Notes: a model not told the origin generated them from the letters alone. A stretch of 64,000 nt of DNA from an archaeon (GCA_018671245.1 JABHIB010000001.1:31888-95887), one strand, 5' to 3'; numbered from the stretch's first letter, positions 18,245-28,983 are shown. Translations and numbers: made by a program.

Positions 18245-19351
18245 TTAGTCTATAAACTCGATACCGAGTTCATTTTCTATCTCTTTTCGCTTTGCTGGAC
18301 TGTTTTTGTCAGAAGGTCCAAAGATCTGAGGACTTCTAACTCCTGTAACAATCAACATTACGCTCAAAGTTTTTTCTAAATCTTCTGAAGTTTGTGCTCC
18401 CCAAATTATTCTAGCATCTTCTTCATCTAATTTATCAGCAACTGCTTCTACAACCTTTTTACATTCATCAAGGGTGATATCTGTTCCACCTCTGATATTT
18501 ATCAATGCACCATTAGCTCCACCTATCTCAACATCAAGCAATGGGTTGTTGATTGCTTTATCAACTGCTTCAACTGCTCTATTCTCGCTATCGGACTCTC
18601 CGACACCAATCATAGCTACTCCTCCTTTCCCCATAACGGTCCTAACATCAGCAAAATCAAGATTAACTAAACCAGGTTTAGTAATAAGTTCTGCAATACC
18701 TTTAGCAGAGTTTACCAAAATCTCATCAGAAACTTTGAATGCTGTTTGAAGTGGCAAATCTGGTGCCAACTCAAGTAATTTATCATTAGGTATAACTATA
18801 AGTGTATCAACTATTGTCTCTAATTTTTCAAGACCGAATAGTGCATTCTCATATCTTCTCTGTCCTTCCATATGGAATGGAAGTGTAACAATTCCTACAG
18901 TAAGAATCCCTAACTTTTTAGCTATATCTGCGATAACTGGTGCACTACCTGTTCCTGTTCCTCCACCTAGTCCGCATGTTATGAATATCATATCCGCACC
19001 TTTCAGAACTTCTCTAAGTTCTTGTTCACTCTCTCGTGCAGCTTCTTCTCCAACTTGTGGTACGCTTCCAGCACCTAGTCCTCCAGTCAGATCTCTACCA
19101 ATTAAGATTTTATGATTAGCATTAGTATATAATAAATCTTGAGCATCAGTATTAATTGCTATTGATTCTGCTCCAGAAATCCCAACTTCTGTTAGTCTAT
19201 TGATAGTATTGTTTCCAGCACCGCCAGCTCCAATAACTTTAATCTTTGCCCTCTGTTTTGCGAGAAGTCCTTCCAATTCTTCATCTATACTGGCAAACTT
19301 CTCGGTACCTTTTTCACTTAATTCAACGTTTTGTGCATATGGTTCTTCCAA
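18245..19351 (-). CDS. ftsZ: cell division GTPase FtsZ
   Basis: 368 aa. [11 protein letters not shown] tubulin signature, T7 loop, acidic C-terminal tail. Confidence 0.9.
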   Translation of the reverse strand: MEEPYAQNVELSEKGTEKFASIDEELEGLLAKQRAKIKVIGAGGAGNNTINRLTEVGISGAESIAINTDAQDLLYTNANHKILIGRDLTGGLGAGSVPQVGEEAARESEQELREVLKGADMIFITCGLGGGTGTGSAPVIADIAKKLGILTVGIVTLPFHMEGQRRYENALFGLEKLETIVDTLIVIPNDKLLELAPDLPLQTAFKVSDEILVNSAKGIAELITKPGLVNLDFADVRTVMGKGGVAMIGVGESDSENRAVEAVDKAINNPLLDVEIGGANGALINIRGGTDITLDECKKVVEAVADKLDEEDARIIWGAQTSEDLEKTLSVMLIVTGVRSPQIFGPSDKNSPAKRKEIENELGIEFID

Positions 19352-19422
19352 AATTATCCCCTCGCTATTTAATTAAAAAAGGAAATGCACTATTGTTTTT
19401 AAAGTTAATTATTCTTGAGTAG

Positions 19423-20109
19423 TTATTTTTCAGTTTTTTCAGCTTCCTTTTTAGGCCTAACACCGACGCTGACAGCACTGATTTTAGAAATAAGTTCTTT
19501 AATATTCTTCTCAAAATTTTTTACGATTGGTTCAGGAATTTCCAGTTTTGACAAAATTTCCAACTTTCCATCAACTAATTTCAAGTCATAATCTCCTTCA
19601 TTCAAAAATAGATTCAAATTTACTAAACTTTTAACCTGTTCTTCAGTATTATTCACACTTTCAATAAGTTTAATCTCATATGTAATTGCCTGTCCAGCCA
19701 AAGGGTGATTAAAATCAACAATAACTCTTCCTGCACTAACACTTCTGATAACTCCAATATGATTATCTACATTAATTCTTAGACCTGGAGAAGGATTCAA
19801 GTTGTGTTTTTTGAATTGCTTCATAGAAAGTATCTTTATTAATTTGGGATTTTTTACACCAAATGCAGATTCAGGATCTAATTCAATATCATATGATTTG
19901 CCTATTTCCTTGCCTTCTAGTTTATCATCTAAACCTTTTAGTAAGTGGCCCTCTCCAATACATACAATTCTAGGTCCGTATGATAGGTTAGGATTATGAA
20001 TGTTTTCTTTCTTTGCTAATGTTTCATCTGTCAAATCAAATATTTTTTTACTTGTTTTTATTCTTCCAGTATATTCGACTTTTATGAAATCTTTTTTCTT
20101 CGCATTCAT
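19423..20109 (-). CDS. FKBP-type peptidyl-prolyl cis-trans isomerase (long archaeal type with IF insert)
   Basis: 228 aa. N-terminal FIKVEYTGRI...FDLTDE FKBP fold start and LKGLDDKLEGKEIGKSYDIEL flap. Confidence 0.55.
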   Translation of the reverse strand: MNAKKKDFIKVEYTGRIKTSKKIFDLTDETLAKKENIHNPNLSYGPRIVCIGEGHLLKGLDDKLEGKEIGKSYDIELDPESAFGVKNPKLIKILSMKQFKKHNLNPSPGLRINVDNHIGVIRSVSAGRVIVDFNHPLAGQAITYEIKLIESVNNTEEQVKSLVNLNLFLNEGDYDLKLVDGKLEILSKLEIPEPIVKNFEKNIKELISKISAVSVGVRPKKEAEKTEK

Positions 20110-20124
20110 TTTAGAAAATTAGAA

Positions 20125-20610
20125 ATGGTAGAGTTTATTAATCTTTTCAATTTAATCAAAATAATGAATCCTGTAAAAAAGATTATGATTGGAGCTTCAA
20201 TAGCAGTTATTGCAACTGCAGGATATATCAATCTATTAAATACTATAAAAAAGGAGGAACCTTCTACTTCTCCAATCTTTTATGATGTCGGTGAGATAAC
20301 TGGAGACAATAAAAAAGATCTAGTTTATCTAAAAGATTCAAAAATCTATAAATTAGAAGAAAAACTTGACGCTAGGCCAGTTCCGCTTTTCGGAGGTCCA
20401 GGATTAGAGAATGTATGTGGACTATTTCTTAACGATTTTAATAAAGATGGATTAGATGATATAACTTTATTTCTCGACGATAAAGGCATAATTGCAGTAA
20501 GAACATATGCTAACTTTGGAGAGGAAGGATTCTTCTTCGATCCAAACGGATTACACTACGATCCATTCGGAAATATTAAAAAATCCATATACCTCTACAA
20601 AACTAATTAA
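20125..20610 (+). CDS. small secreted or membrane-anchored protein with an FG-GAP-like Ca-binding motif
   Basis: 161 aa. N-terminal hydrophobic helix. DFNKDGLDD resembles the D-x-N-x-D-G-x-x-D loop. Confidence 0.3.
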   Translation: MVEFINLFNLIKIMNPVKKIMIGASIAVIATAGYINLLNTIKKEEPSTSPIFYDVGEITGDNKKDLVYLKDSKIYKLEEKLDARPVPLFGGPGLENVCGLFLNDFNKDGLDDITLFLDDKGIIAVRTYANFGEEGFFFDPNGLHYDPFGNIKKSIYLYKTN

Positions 20611-20661
20611 TTTTTTTAAAACAAAAATTTTATAAATCTCCGCATTCCCTCCTTCATAATA

Positions 20662-21051
20662 ATGGATAAAAAAGTTGTGAACGTAGGTTCATTAAAAGTA
20701 GGAAATTACATAATTTTTGACGATGTTGCGTGTAAGATATCTTCAATAGATATATCTAGGACTGGAAAACACGGACATGCCAAGGCAAGAATTTCGGCAA
20801 TCGGTTTAATAACAGGGAAAAAGATAATTAAGATCTATCCAACCGGAGATAAAGTAGAAGTTCCAATCGTAGAAAAGGAAAACGCTCAAGCGCTGTCTGT
20901 TCAAGGAGATTTAGTGACAGTAATGGATATGAAAACTTATGAATCTTTCGATCTTAAAATACCGGAAGAATTAAAAACAGAAGTGGAAGCAGGAAAACAG
21001 ATAGTTTATTGGATTATACTGAATGAAAAGGTAATAATGCAGGTAAAATAA
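20662..21051 (+). CDS. eif5a: translation initiation factor 5A (aIF-5A)
   Basis: 129 aa. Hypusine-site motif TGKHGHAKARI. Confidence 0.85.
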   Translation: MDKKVVNVGSLKVGNYIIFDDVACKISSIDISRTGKHGHAKARISAIGLITGKKIIKIYPTGDKVEVPIVEKENAQALSVQGDLVTVMDMKTYESFDLKIPEELKTEVEAGKQIVYWIILNEKVIMQVK

Positions 21052-21052
21052 A

Positions 21053-21217
21053 ATGGCAAAATTTGATGAAGCGCAAAAAAGATTGTTCAAGAATGTAATG
21101 GTTTGCAAGAAATGCAAAACTAAAGCTAAAGCAACAATGCAAAAAGTATTACTTCGGAAAATATTATGTAAAAATTGCGGGGGAAAAAACTTCCGGCCAA
21201 AGAGAAAAGCTAAATAA
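21053..21217 (+). CDS. rpl40e: 50S ribosomal protein L40e
   Basis: 54-aa ORF below the ORF-track cutoff: MAKFDEAQKRLFKNVMVCKKCKTKAKATMQKVLLRKILCKNCGGKNFRPKRKAK. C-x2-C...C-x2-C zinc ribbon and L40e-like N-terminus. Confidence 0.55.
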   Translation: MAKFDEAQKRLFKNVMVCKKCKTKAKATMQKVLLRKILCKNCGGKNFRPKRKAK

Positions 21218-21219
21218 AA

Positions 21220-22434
21220 ATGAATTTAGATATATTGCTTCTTATTGTATTCGGAATAAGTTTATTGATTTTTTTAATTACTTCAAAGAAGGCAGAGCTA
21301 GAGAAAATTGCTTTCCCTTTTATTTATATGTATATGTATAGGACCAAGTTAGGTCTAAATTTGATGGATAAGTTAGCAAAAAAACATCCAAGAATTTTAA
21401 ATGCATTAGGTTATGTATCTATTTCAGTAGGATTTATTGGGATGTTTACAATTATATTTTACTTATTATATGGTGCATACAATTTCATGTTTATGAATCA
21501 ACCTTCACCAATACAATTACTATTACCTGGATTAGTAAAAGTTCCAGGAATTCCAACCCTATCATTTTTTCATTGGATAATTGCAATATTTTTACTTGCA
21601 GCAGTTCACGAATTTTCACATGGAGTCTTTGCAAGATTAAGAAAGATAAAAATAAAATCTTCAGGATTTGCAATATTTGGAATAATTTTGCCAATAATTC
21701 CTGCAGCTTTTGTTGAACCAGATGAGAAAAAGATGGCTAGCTCCAGTACAAAAACTCAATTAGAAGTTATGTCTGCTGGACCATTTGCAAATATTGTAAC
21801 TGCATTTTTCACATTTTTCTTATTCGCATTACTAATCGCACCTGCAGCAAATTCAACATTAGATTATGTTGGTGTACAAGTTATGGGATTCGGAGATGAC
21901 TCCCCATTAAATGCAAGCGGAATGCAATTGGGTGAAAGTATAATCTCAGTTAAGGAAACTCCTGTTTCAGGAGCAGAAGAATTCATCAAGGTTATGGGAA
22001 CTATTGGATCTCATGAAAGAATTAATATTCAAACAGAAAACTTTACCTATTCCGTTGTTACTTCCGAGCATCCGGAAGACAGTTCAAGAGGATATTTGGG
22101 GATTACAGTCGGTCCGAGTAAAGAAATATTCAAAGAAGATCTTGTACAAAAATTTGGGATGTTTCCACTACAAGCAATGATCTGGATAAAAATATTATTT
22201 TTCTGGATCTTCATGGCAAACCTAGGTGTAGGATTATTCAATTTACTTCCGATAACAATACTTGATGGTGGACGAATGTTCTACTTATTATTATTTTCAA
22301 TTACAAAGGATGAGAAGAAATCTATGAAAACTTGGAAGATAGTAAGCACAGTACTGTTTGTAATAATCTTATTATTGCTTATGCCTCAGTTTTATGAGTT
22401 ATTTGTAGCTCCACTAATTAGATTATTTACATAA
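21220..22434 (+). CDS. site-2 protease (peptidase M50) with PDZ domain
   Basis: 404 aa. HEFSHGVFA zinc site in a TM helix, NLLPITILDGGRM second site, central PDZ-like segment. Confidence 0.7.
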   Translation: MNLDILLLIVFGISLLIFLITSKKAELEKIAFPFIYMYMYRTKLGLNLMDKLAKKHPRILNALGYVSISVGFIGMFTIIFYLLYGAYNFMFMNQPSPIQLLLPGLVKVPGIPTLSFFHWIIAIFLLAAVHEFSHGVFARLRKIKIKSSGFAIFGIILPIIPAAFVEPDEKKMASSSTKTQLEVMSAGPFANIVTAFFTFFLFALLIAPAANSTLDYVGVQVMGFGDDSPLNASGMQLGESIISVKETPVSGAEEFIKVMGTIGSHERINIQTENFTYSVVTSEHPEDSSRGYLGITVGPSKEIFKEDLVQKFGMFPLQAMIWIKILFFWIFMANLGVGLFNLLPITILDGGRMFYLLLFSITKDEKKSMKTWKIVSTVLFVIILLLLMPQFYELFVAPLIRLFT

Positions 22435-22471
22435 ACAAAAGATTAAAAAACGCATCATTTCTCTTTAAACT

Positions 22472-23212
22472 ATGTTAATCGACGCACACTGTCATTTAGA
22501 CTTATTAGAGAAAGAAAAAGACCTAGACAAGGTGCTAGAAAATTCTAAGAAAGTCAAAATAATCATATCAAATGGGACCTCTCCAGAATCAAATAGGAGA
22601 GTTTTAGAAATCTCAGATAAATATGAAAAAGTAAAACCTTCCTTAGGAATCTATCCCTTAGAGGCACTAAAAATGTCAGATGAAGAGATAGATGCTGAGA
22701 TTGAATTCATAAAAAAATCAAAACCTATAGCAATTGGAGAAGTGGGAATAGATTATCATTATGGCGATCAAAAAGAACAACAAGAAAAAAACTTTAAGAA
22801 GTTCATCAAACTAGCTAAAGAGTTAGATATTCCAATAATAGTTCATTCAAGAAAAGCAGAATCTGAAGTTTTAGATATTCTTGAACAATCAGATATTGAG
22901 AAAGTAGTTCTACACTGTTTCAGCGGGAATAAAGAGCTTACAGAAAAAGCAACATCTCATAAGTCTTGGATGTTTACTATACCTACAGCAGTAGTTAGAA
23001 ATAAAACTTTTAGGAAGTTAGCAAAGAGAGTACCTATTAATAATATATTAATAGAAACAGATGCACCTTATTTATCTCCTATTGAAGGGGAGCCAAATGA
23101 GCCAGCATTTATAGAACTGTCAATAACAAAAATTGCAGAATTGAAAAAAATAACTAAGGAAGAACTTGAAAAATCAATAGAAGAGAATTTTCAAAAAATG
23201 TTTTTAAAATGA
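22472..23212 (+). CDS. tatD: TatD-family metal-dependent hydrolase
   Basis: 246 aa. IDAHCHLD start, and the HS and H-C-F histidines of the TIM-barrel TatD pattern. Confidence 0.75.
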   Translation: MLIDAHCHLDLLEKEKDLDKVLENSKKVKIIISNGTSPESNRRVLEISDKYEKVKPSLGIYPLEALKMSDEEIDAEIEFIKKSKPIAIGEVGIDYHYGDQKEQQEKNFKKFIKLAKELDIPIIVHSRKAESEVLDILEQSDIEKVVLHCFSGNKELTEKATSHKSWMFTIPTAVVRNKTFRKLAKRVPINNILIETDAPYLSPIEGEPNEPAFIELSITKIAELKKITKEELEKSIEENFQKMFLK

Positions 23213-24138
23213 ATACTGGAAAAAAAATACTTGAAAAACAAGGATACAGATTTACTGGAGACCATAGTAGTGTTAAGATCTGTGGATGGACGAAAAATTC
23301 AATACTAAATAAAGGAAACTGTTACAAACATAAATTTTATGGAATAAATACTAATCAATGTGTCCAGATGACTCCTTCGATGGTATGTCCAAATAGGTGC
23401 GTTTTTTGTTGGAGATCACTAGATTATTACACTGCAGAAGGAATGGATAGTATAGATGATCCTAAAAAAATAATAGATAACTCTCTAGCTGCACAAAAGG
23501 GTTTATTGAGCGGACTAGGTGGAAATAAAGATAGAGATAAGGAAAAATATAAAGAATCACAATCTCCAAGACATTTTGCAATTAGTTTAACTGGAGAGCC
23601 TACAGCATATCCAAAATTAAACAAATTATTAGTAGAACTACATAAGAGGAAGTTTACTTCATTTTTGGTCACGAATGGAATGTTTCCAGAAGCGCTTGAA
23701 AAACTAACAGAATTACCTACTCAACTCTACTTATCTCTCGATGCACCTTCAGAAGAATCATATAAAGAAATTGATCAACCTATCCTGAAAGATTATTGGA
23801 AGAGATTTAACAGATCGTTAGAAATCTTTTCAAAAATGAAAACTAGAAGAGTAATTAGAATCACTGCAGTAGATGGAATCAATATGTTTGATGAAGAAGG
23901 GTATGCAGAACTAATCAAAAAAGCTAATCCTGATTGGGTTGAAGTAAAGTCCTACTCTTGGGTAGGAGATTCGAGATACCGATTAAAGGAAGAGAATGTA
24001 CCGAGTTTTGAAAGGTGTATGAGTTTTGCAGAAGATATTGGAAAATTAATCGGAATGAAAATCATTGACACTCATGAAAGATCTAGGGCAGTATTATTAG
24101 CAAAAGAAGATACTCCTGATAGGAAGCTTAAATTTTAA
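23209..24138 (+). CDS. taw1: radical SAM tRNA 4-demethylwyosine synthase (Taw1/TYW1-like)
   Basis: 309 aa. CPNRCVFCWR radical-SAM CxxxCxxC. Size and flanking motifs match archaeal Taw1. Confidence 0.55.
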   Translation: MNTGKKILEKQGYRFTGDHSSVKICGWTKNSILNKGNCYKHKFYGINTNQCVQMTPSMVCPNRCVFCWRSLDYYTAEGMDSIDDPKKIIDNSLAAQKGLLSGLGGNKDRDKEKYKESQSPRHFAISLTGEPTAYPKLNKLLVELHKRKFTSFLVTNGMFPEALEKLTELPTQLYLSLDAPSEESYKEIDQPILKDYWKRFNRSLEIFSKMKTRRVIRITAVDGINMFDEEGYAELIKKANPDWVEVKSYSWVGDSRYRLKEENVPSFERCMSFAEDIGKLIGMKIIDTHERSRAVLLAKEDTPDRKLKF

Positions 24139-24727
24139 CGATTTTTCCATCTGGACCTGGATTAAGGATTAAACTATTTCCAACAACTTCTTTTTTCCCA
24201 AAGTTTTCATGAAGATGTCCACATAGAACTAATCGAGGTTTATGTTTAAGAACAAATTTTTTAACTGATTCATTTCCACTATGCCCAATAAGTGGGAGAA
24301 GATCTAGTTTTGTTTTGTAAGGTGGAACATGTGTAATAAATATCAGTTTTTTCTTTCTATCAATACTACTAATAAATTTCTTTGAGATTTTCTCAAAATA
24401 TTTGTCCTTTGTTGCAAAAACTCCATCACCATAACCAAAGAAGATAAAGTCTTCAAATTCATAACTTCCATTATCTAAAAATATTACATACTCAAATTTA
24501 GAACTTATCTTTCTAAGATCTATAGATTCCTCATGATTTCCAGAAATTAATAAAAGAGGTATCTTGAGTTCCTCGAATTTCTTTAGAACTTTCTTAACTC
24601 CTCTGCCCCAATCTGTCAGATCTCCTGCACACACTAAAAAATCAGGTTTTTCTTTCTTAGCTTTCTTTATGATAGATTTAATTGAACTATTGTGTCCATG
24701 TACATCTGTAAATACTAATAATTTCAT
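24128..24727 (-). CDS. calcineurin-like metallophosphoesterase (YfcE/MJ0936-type)
   Basis: 199 aa. DVHGH, CAGDLTD, GNHE and GHLH motifs. Confidence 0.65.
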   Translation of the reverse strand: MKLLVFTDVHGHNSSIKSIIKKAKKEKPDFLVCAGDLTDWGRGVKKVLKKFEELKIPLLLISGNHEESIDLRKISSKFEYVIFLDNGSYEFEDFIFFGYGDGVFATKDKYFEKISKKFISSIDRKKKLIFITHVPPYKTKLDLLPLIGHSGNESVKKFVLKHKPRLVLCGHLHENFGKKEVVGNSLILNPGPDGKIVKI

Positions 24728-24967
24728 ATAAGACCATTATGAATAAGTATATTTAATTGTTTCTAATCAAATCGCCTCTTTCATCCAGTACTTATCAAAA
24801 GAATCTGCAGTAGAATCATCAATAAAGCTCCAAAATTCCAGTTCAGCGTCTTTTCTCATAAATTCTGTCCAGCCCACATATTTATTTTTTTTAGATATCA
24901 TTTGAATCACACTAAGAAATAGCTCAAAACAATTTATATACAAATCGCAGGTACATGACAATGACAA

Positions 24968-26008
24968 TCAAAAATCAGTCAACTTTCTACCATAGCTTAT
25001 TATTCTAGCTTTACCATCTTTTTCATCGGCTTCAATCATATGATTTTCTAATAACTCATCAATTTTACGATAGAATGTCCTATATGATTTATTTCCACCT
25101 TTTTTAATATAAATCCCATATAATTCTTTTATTGTACCAGAATTCTCTTTTATAATCTCAATTAAGGAGTTTTCTTCATCACCAAATTCCTTGGCATTTT
25201 TTATTTTAAATTCTGAACTAAATTTTTCTATTGCAAGTTTTGCATGTTCTAGTTTTATCTCTCTAGATGATTTTCTCTCTGCTTCATCTGCAGCCTTTTT
25301 TAATAAGAATAATCCGCTTCTAATGTCTTTTAATTCACATGTTTTTCTAGCTACCAAATCAAAAGCTTCGTCATTCAAAACTCCTGGAACAAAAGCAAAA
25401 TTACAACGTTCCCTAAGGATCCCAGAAACCTCAGATGCATTGTAGGCTTCAAACTCAAGACTTTGAGGGACTAACCTTGACCTTATCCTGTCATCTAGAT
25501 CTGCAATCCAGTCCCTATAATTTGTAATCATAATTATTGATTTTTTATTAAGGTCCTCGCATAAATTATAGATTATATCTGTATCTTTAGCTTTGTCTAT
25601 TTCATCAAGACAGATAACTGTGGATTTTTTATTAAGAATTTCAGTTATACTTTTTAATAATTCATCAGTTCCTTTATTGTGGGTCCACTTATATCCAATT
25701 GCCTTACAAATTTCCAAAGCAATCCTATGGCTTGTATCTTTCTTCCAACAATTTATGTAGATTGGGATAATATTATCTCCCTCAAATTCTATCTCTCTAA
25801 ATAAATATTTTACTGCAAGGGTCTTACCAACACCTGGAGAACCATAAACAAATAAATTCCCACCATCTCTACCATTTAAGAGAGGTTTAATTGCATAAGA
25901 AATCTCTTGCTGTTGACCCTCTCTATATTTAATTGGTTTAGGAATGTAATCATAACATAAAGGAGTTTCATCCTTAATTAAGCTTTCATCATCTCTTAAA
26001 AAATCCAT
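24968..26008 (-). CDS. cdc6: Orc1/Cdc6 replication initiator (AAA+)
   Basis: 346 aa. Walker A GSPGVGKT, Walker B ICLDEID, C-terminal winged helix. Confidence 0.8.
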   Translation of the reverse strand: MDFLRDDESLIKDETPLCYDYIPKPIKYREGQQQEISYAIKPLLNGRDGGNLFVYGSPGVGKTLAVKYLFREIEFEGDNIIPIYINCWKKDTSHRIALEICKAIGYKWTHNKGTDELLKSITEILNKKSTVICLDEIDKAKDTDIIYNLCEDLNKKSIIMITNYRDWIADLDDRIRSRLVPQSLEFEAYNASEVSGILRERCNFAFVPGVLNDEAFDLVARKTCELKDIRSGLFLLKKAADEAERKSSREIKLEHAKLAIEKFSSEFKIKNAKEFGDEENSLIEIIKENSGTIKELYGIYIKKGGNKSYRTFYRKIDELLENHMIEADEKDGKARIISYGRKLTDF

Positions 26009-26049
26009 AACAACAAGAGAAATAAAGCGAAATATAAAGCTTTCTAAAT

Positions 26050-26406
26050 CTAGACCTCTTCAATACCTTTCTCACTAACACTAACCAGTCTAAGGCCAAC
26101 TCCTAATTTAATTAAAGCTCCAAATAATGCCATGTGTTCATTACCACTTCCAGAAATAAGATTGACTGCAACTTCTGTACCATTTATCTTTTCTTTCAAC
26201 CCTAAAATTATATCATCTCTAAGTTTATCAACTGATTTATTAGGATCGACAACAATCATTTCAACATTCTCTGGAGCATCAAACTTCTCTTTTCCAAAAT
26301 CATTAGTAATCAAATAAACTTTTTCCCAATTCTCTCCTGCAATAAGTTTAGCAACTTCAGTCCAAGATCCTTTTCCTGTTGTCAAACAAGCTACAAGTTC
26401 AGTCAT
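26050..26406 (-). CDS. hypothetical protein
   Basis: 118 aa. Operonic with cdc6 (40-nt gap). No recognizable motif. Confidence 0.3.
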   Translation of the reverse strand: MTELVACLTTGKGSWTEVAKLIAGENWEKVYLITNDFGKEKFDAPENVEMIVVDPNKSVDKLRDDIILGLKEKINGTEVAVNLISGSGNEHMALFGALIKLGVGLRLVSVSEKGIEEV

Positions 26407-26499
26407 ATTAAATCAGATAAATTATAGATTATTTAAGCTTTATTGTAGAGTTGTTAGAAAATCCAAAAATATATAAACCGTCAACGATAAAAGTTAATT

Positions 26500-26955
26500 A
26501 TGCCAAAAAAGATTTCAAAAGATATCCCCTTATCAGAAATAACTTTAAGGAGATATGAAAAACCTTACGCAACAACAAAAAGAGAACTAACAAGAAAACT
26601 TTGTTTATCAGTTGGTCTATTACAACCTGGAGATTCTAGAGATGTAGTTGTAGATATATTCCATGTTTTATTAAATAACAGGCACAAAAAAATACTAATG
26701 AATTCTGAAGAAATAAAAGCAAAAGTAATCTCGGCAAGAAAGAGACATAAACTTCCAATACAAGGAGTTGCTTCTTCTAATGTTCGAAGACAATTAAAAA
26801 GATTAAAGGATTTATATTTAGTAGAGAACATAAAAAATCAATATAGGATAACAGAGTTTGAAAATATGTCTGTAATCTTTGAGAAACAAATAAAGAATTT
26901 TTATTTGAATAACATTCTAGAAAGGGTTGAAGAATATTTTAAAGAGATCAAATGA
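26500..26955 (+). CDS. hypothetical basic protein (possible wHTH)
   Basis: 151 aa, K/R-rich. Overlaps the methyltransferase start by 4 nt. Confidence 0.3.
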   Translation: MPKKISKDIPLSEITLRRYEKPYATTKRELTRKLCLSVGLLQPGDSRDVVVDIFHVLLNNRHKKILMNSEEIKAKVISARKRHKLPIQGVASSNVRRQLKRLKDLYLVENIKNQYRITEFENMSVIFEKQIKNFYLNNILERVEEYFKEIK

Positions 26956-27464
26956 TATATGAACCTGCAGAAGATTCTTATTTACTTCAAGAACAACTAA
27001 AAAATTTTGTAAAACCTGGAATGAAAGTTTTAGATATGGGTACAGGTTCTGGGATACAAGCAAAAACTGCAAAAGAACTTGGTGCAGAAGTTCTAGCAGT
27101 TGATATTAACGAAGGATGTGTAGAACACGTTAAGAATTTAGAAATTGATACTATACAATCAAACTTATTCTCGAAGGTTACAGGAAAATTTGATATAATT
27201 ATTTTCAATCCACCCTATCTGCCAGAAGATCCGAGAGAGCCAGAAGATTCAGCAAGATCCACAACCGGCGGAAAAACTGGATCAGAAGTACTAAATAGAT
27301 TCTTAGAAACTGCGAAAGACTATTTGAATGAGAATGGGAAACTTATAATCGTGGTTTCATCACTAACAAAAGGAATAAATAAAGAAGGATACACTTTCAA
27401 AAAACTTTCAGAACAAAAAATTGATTTCGAAAATCTAATTACTTATCTAATAGAATCAAATTAA
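26952..27464 (+). CDS. class I SAM-dependent methyltransferase, NPPY type (PrmC/Mtq2-like glutamine-N5 MTase)
   Basis: 170 aa. VLDMGTGSGIQA SAM motif and IIFNPPYL catalytic motif. Confidence 0.6.
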   Translation: MIYEPAEDSYLLQEQLKNFVKPGMKVLDMGTGSGIQAKTAKELGAEVLAVDINEGCVEHVKNLEIDTIQSNLFSKVTGKFDIIIFNPPYLPEDPREPEDSARSTTGGKTGSEVLNRFLETAKDYLNENGKLIIVVSSLTKGINKEGYTFKKLSEQKIDFENLITYLIESN

Positions 27465-28139
27465 ACTTTCAAGAGAATAAACTTTCTCTTCCATTATTGT
27501 TTTAGTTATATTTATCAATTCTTTTTTTGAAACTTCAGGTAAAAGATAATTATCAACATTATCTCCATCTTTAAAGAAATAATAAGGTTCACCGATAACT
27601 ACACTAGCTTTATCATAATCTGGGATAAAAAAATTTCCCCCGTCCTTGAAGTTAGTATCTACCCTAACTGGGATTATTGGTTTGTTTGGAGAATCAATAA
27701 CTAATTTTGCAAGTCCAGGATAGTATCTCTTCCTCTCTATATTATTAATATTACTACTCATACCTTCTGGAAATATTGCAACACAATCATCTCTGCTCAA
27801 ATACTCTCTTGCTAAACTAAAACATTTATTATTTACTTTCGAATTAAGGGCACCAGGATTAACAGGTATCTGTTTAGTTTTATTTAATACAAATCTTAAT
27901 GCAGGATTTTTATACAATCCATTATACACAAAATAATGTATCGGAATATTTTTTCCAAATGCTGAACACACTAACAAATGGTCCTTCGATCTCTCTCCAG
28001 CTCTAGAATGATTTATTGCGACTATTCCTCCATCCAAGTTCTCTAGATTTTCCTGCCCTGAGACACTAATATCTACATATTTGTTTATGTACGCATTGCT
28101 CATATGACACACACTCTTGTATACTTTGGAGGATTCCAT
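27456..28139 (-). CDS. PlsC-like lysophospholipid/glycerolipid acyltransferase, paralog 1
   Basis: 227 aa. VAINHS...D region and IFPEGMSS (motif III FPEG). Ancestral start probably 13 codons upstream at an ACG (28176-28178). Confidence 0.4.
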   Translation of the reverse strand: MESSKVYKSVCHMSNAYINKYVDISVSGQENLENLDGGIVAINHSRAGERSKDHLLVCSAFGKNIPIHYFVYNGLYKNPALRFVLNKTKQIPVNPGALNSKVNNKCFSLAREYLSRDDCVAIFPEGMSSNINNIERKRYYPGLAKLVIDSPNKPIIPVRVDTNFKDGGNFFIPDYDKASVVIGEPYYFFKDGDNVDNYLLPEVSKKELINITKTIMEEKVYSLESLI

Positions 28140-28159
28140 AAATATATTTACTAATTTGC

Positions 28160-28198
28160 CATTTATAACTGTTTTCGTAACTTAGAAATAACAACAAA
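28160..28198 (-). promoter_or_regulatory. conserved approx. 40-bp 5' element shared by both acyltransferase paralogs (copy 1). The second copy lies at 28965..29004 and spans the paralog-2 start codon
   Basis: Minus strand tttgttgtTatttctaagttaCgaaaacaGttataaatgg here versus ttttgttgtCatttctaagttaTgaaaacaAttataaatgt at 28965-29004. Confidence 0.35.
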
Positions 28199-28239
28199 CT
28201 CCAAAAAGATATTATAATAAAAAATTAATCTTTTCTAAA

Positions 28240-28983
28240 TTAACCCAATGGATAAACTTTTTCATTCATAACTTCTTTAGAAATCTGAGAATAATCTATA
28301 TTTCCATTTTCAATTGTAGGGAACTCTCCAAATTCATCTAAATAATGAAAAGATTCTCCAAATTTAAGTTTTGCACTAGAAAATTTTGGCCACAAATTAT
28401 CTTTTTTCCCATTTATTTGAATATTAACTGGAAAGATTTTAGGATTATCTAAGTGAGAAATTAACCTTCCTATTCCTGGATATATCTTAGTTTCTTCATC
28501 TAATGCTACTCCAGATTTCTGGCCACTACTTCCTTCCGGAAAAATTAATATATACTCATTTTTATTTAAATATTTTTCAGAGTGATCTATCAAACCATAT
28601 CTGGTGGCAGGAATTTGCTGTAATAGATTCAATGATACTTTTTTTATTATATTTTTATATGCTGCCCTATTCACAATGGCATGGAATCTTTGATTAGGAT
28701 TTAAATAGGCTACAATTAATAATTGATCTATAGAATTAATATGTAAGATAGTTTTTCCTTCTTTATCTTTTTCATATATCCAATCCTTTTGAGGAGTATC
28801 ATGATTTGAAACAATTATTCCACCTTCCTTATCATTAACTATATTCTCTAATCCCTCTACATTAACATCATAATAATTATCAAAAACAAAATTACATAAA
28901 CCGCTAATAAAATCATAATTCCAATTTCTGATTAAGTCTTTCATAACAAAAAGGAACCCCGAAACATTTATAATTGTTTTCAT
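28240..28983 (-). CDS. PlsC-like acyltransferase, paralog 2
   Basis: 247 aa. IVSNHDTPQKD and IFPEGSSG. N-terminus MKTIINVSG matches the conserved leader upstream of paralog 1. Confidence 0.4.
   Translation of the reverse strand: MKTIINVSGFLFVMKDLIRNWNYDFISGLCNFVFDNYYDVNVEGLENIVNDKEGGIIVSNHDTPQKDWIYEKDKEGKTILHINSIDQLLIVAYLNPNQRFHAIVNRAAYKNIIKKVSLNLLQQIPATRYGLIDHSEKYLNKNEYILIFPEGSSGQKSGVALDEETKIYPGIGRLISHLDNPKIFPVNIQINGKKDNLWPKFSSAKLKFGESFHYLDEFGEFPTIENGNIDYSQISKEVMNEKVYPLG

Noticed and set aside
24767-24967. 66-aa ORF between the metallophosphoesterase and cdc6
   Set aside because: It has no motif and sits in the AT-rich spacer downstream of cdc6. It is kept out of the feature list as probably non-coding, but could be a genuine small protein.
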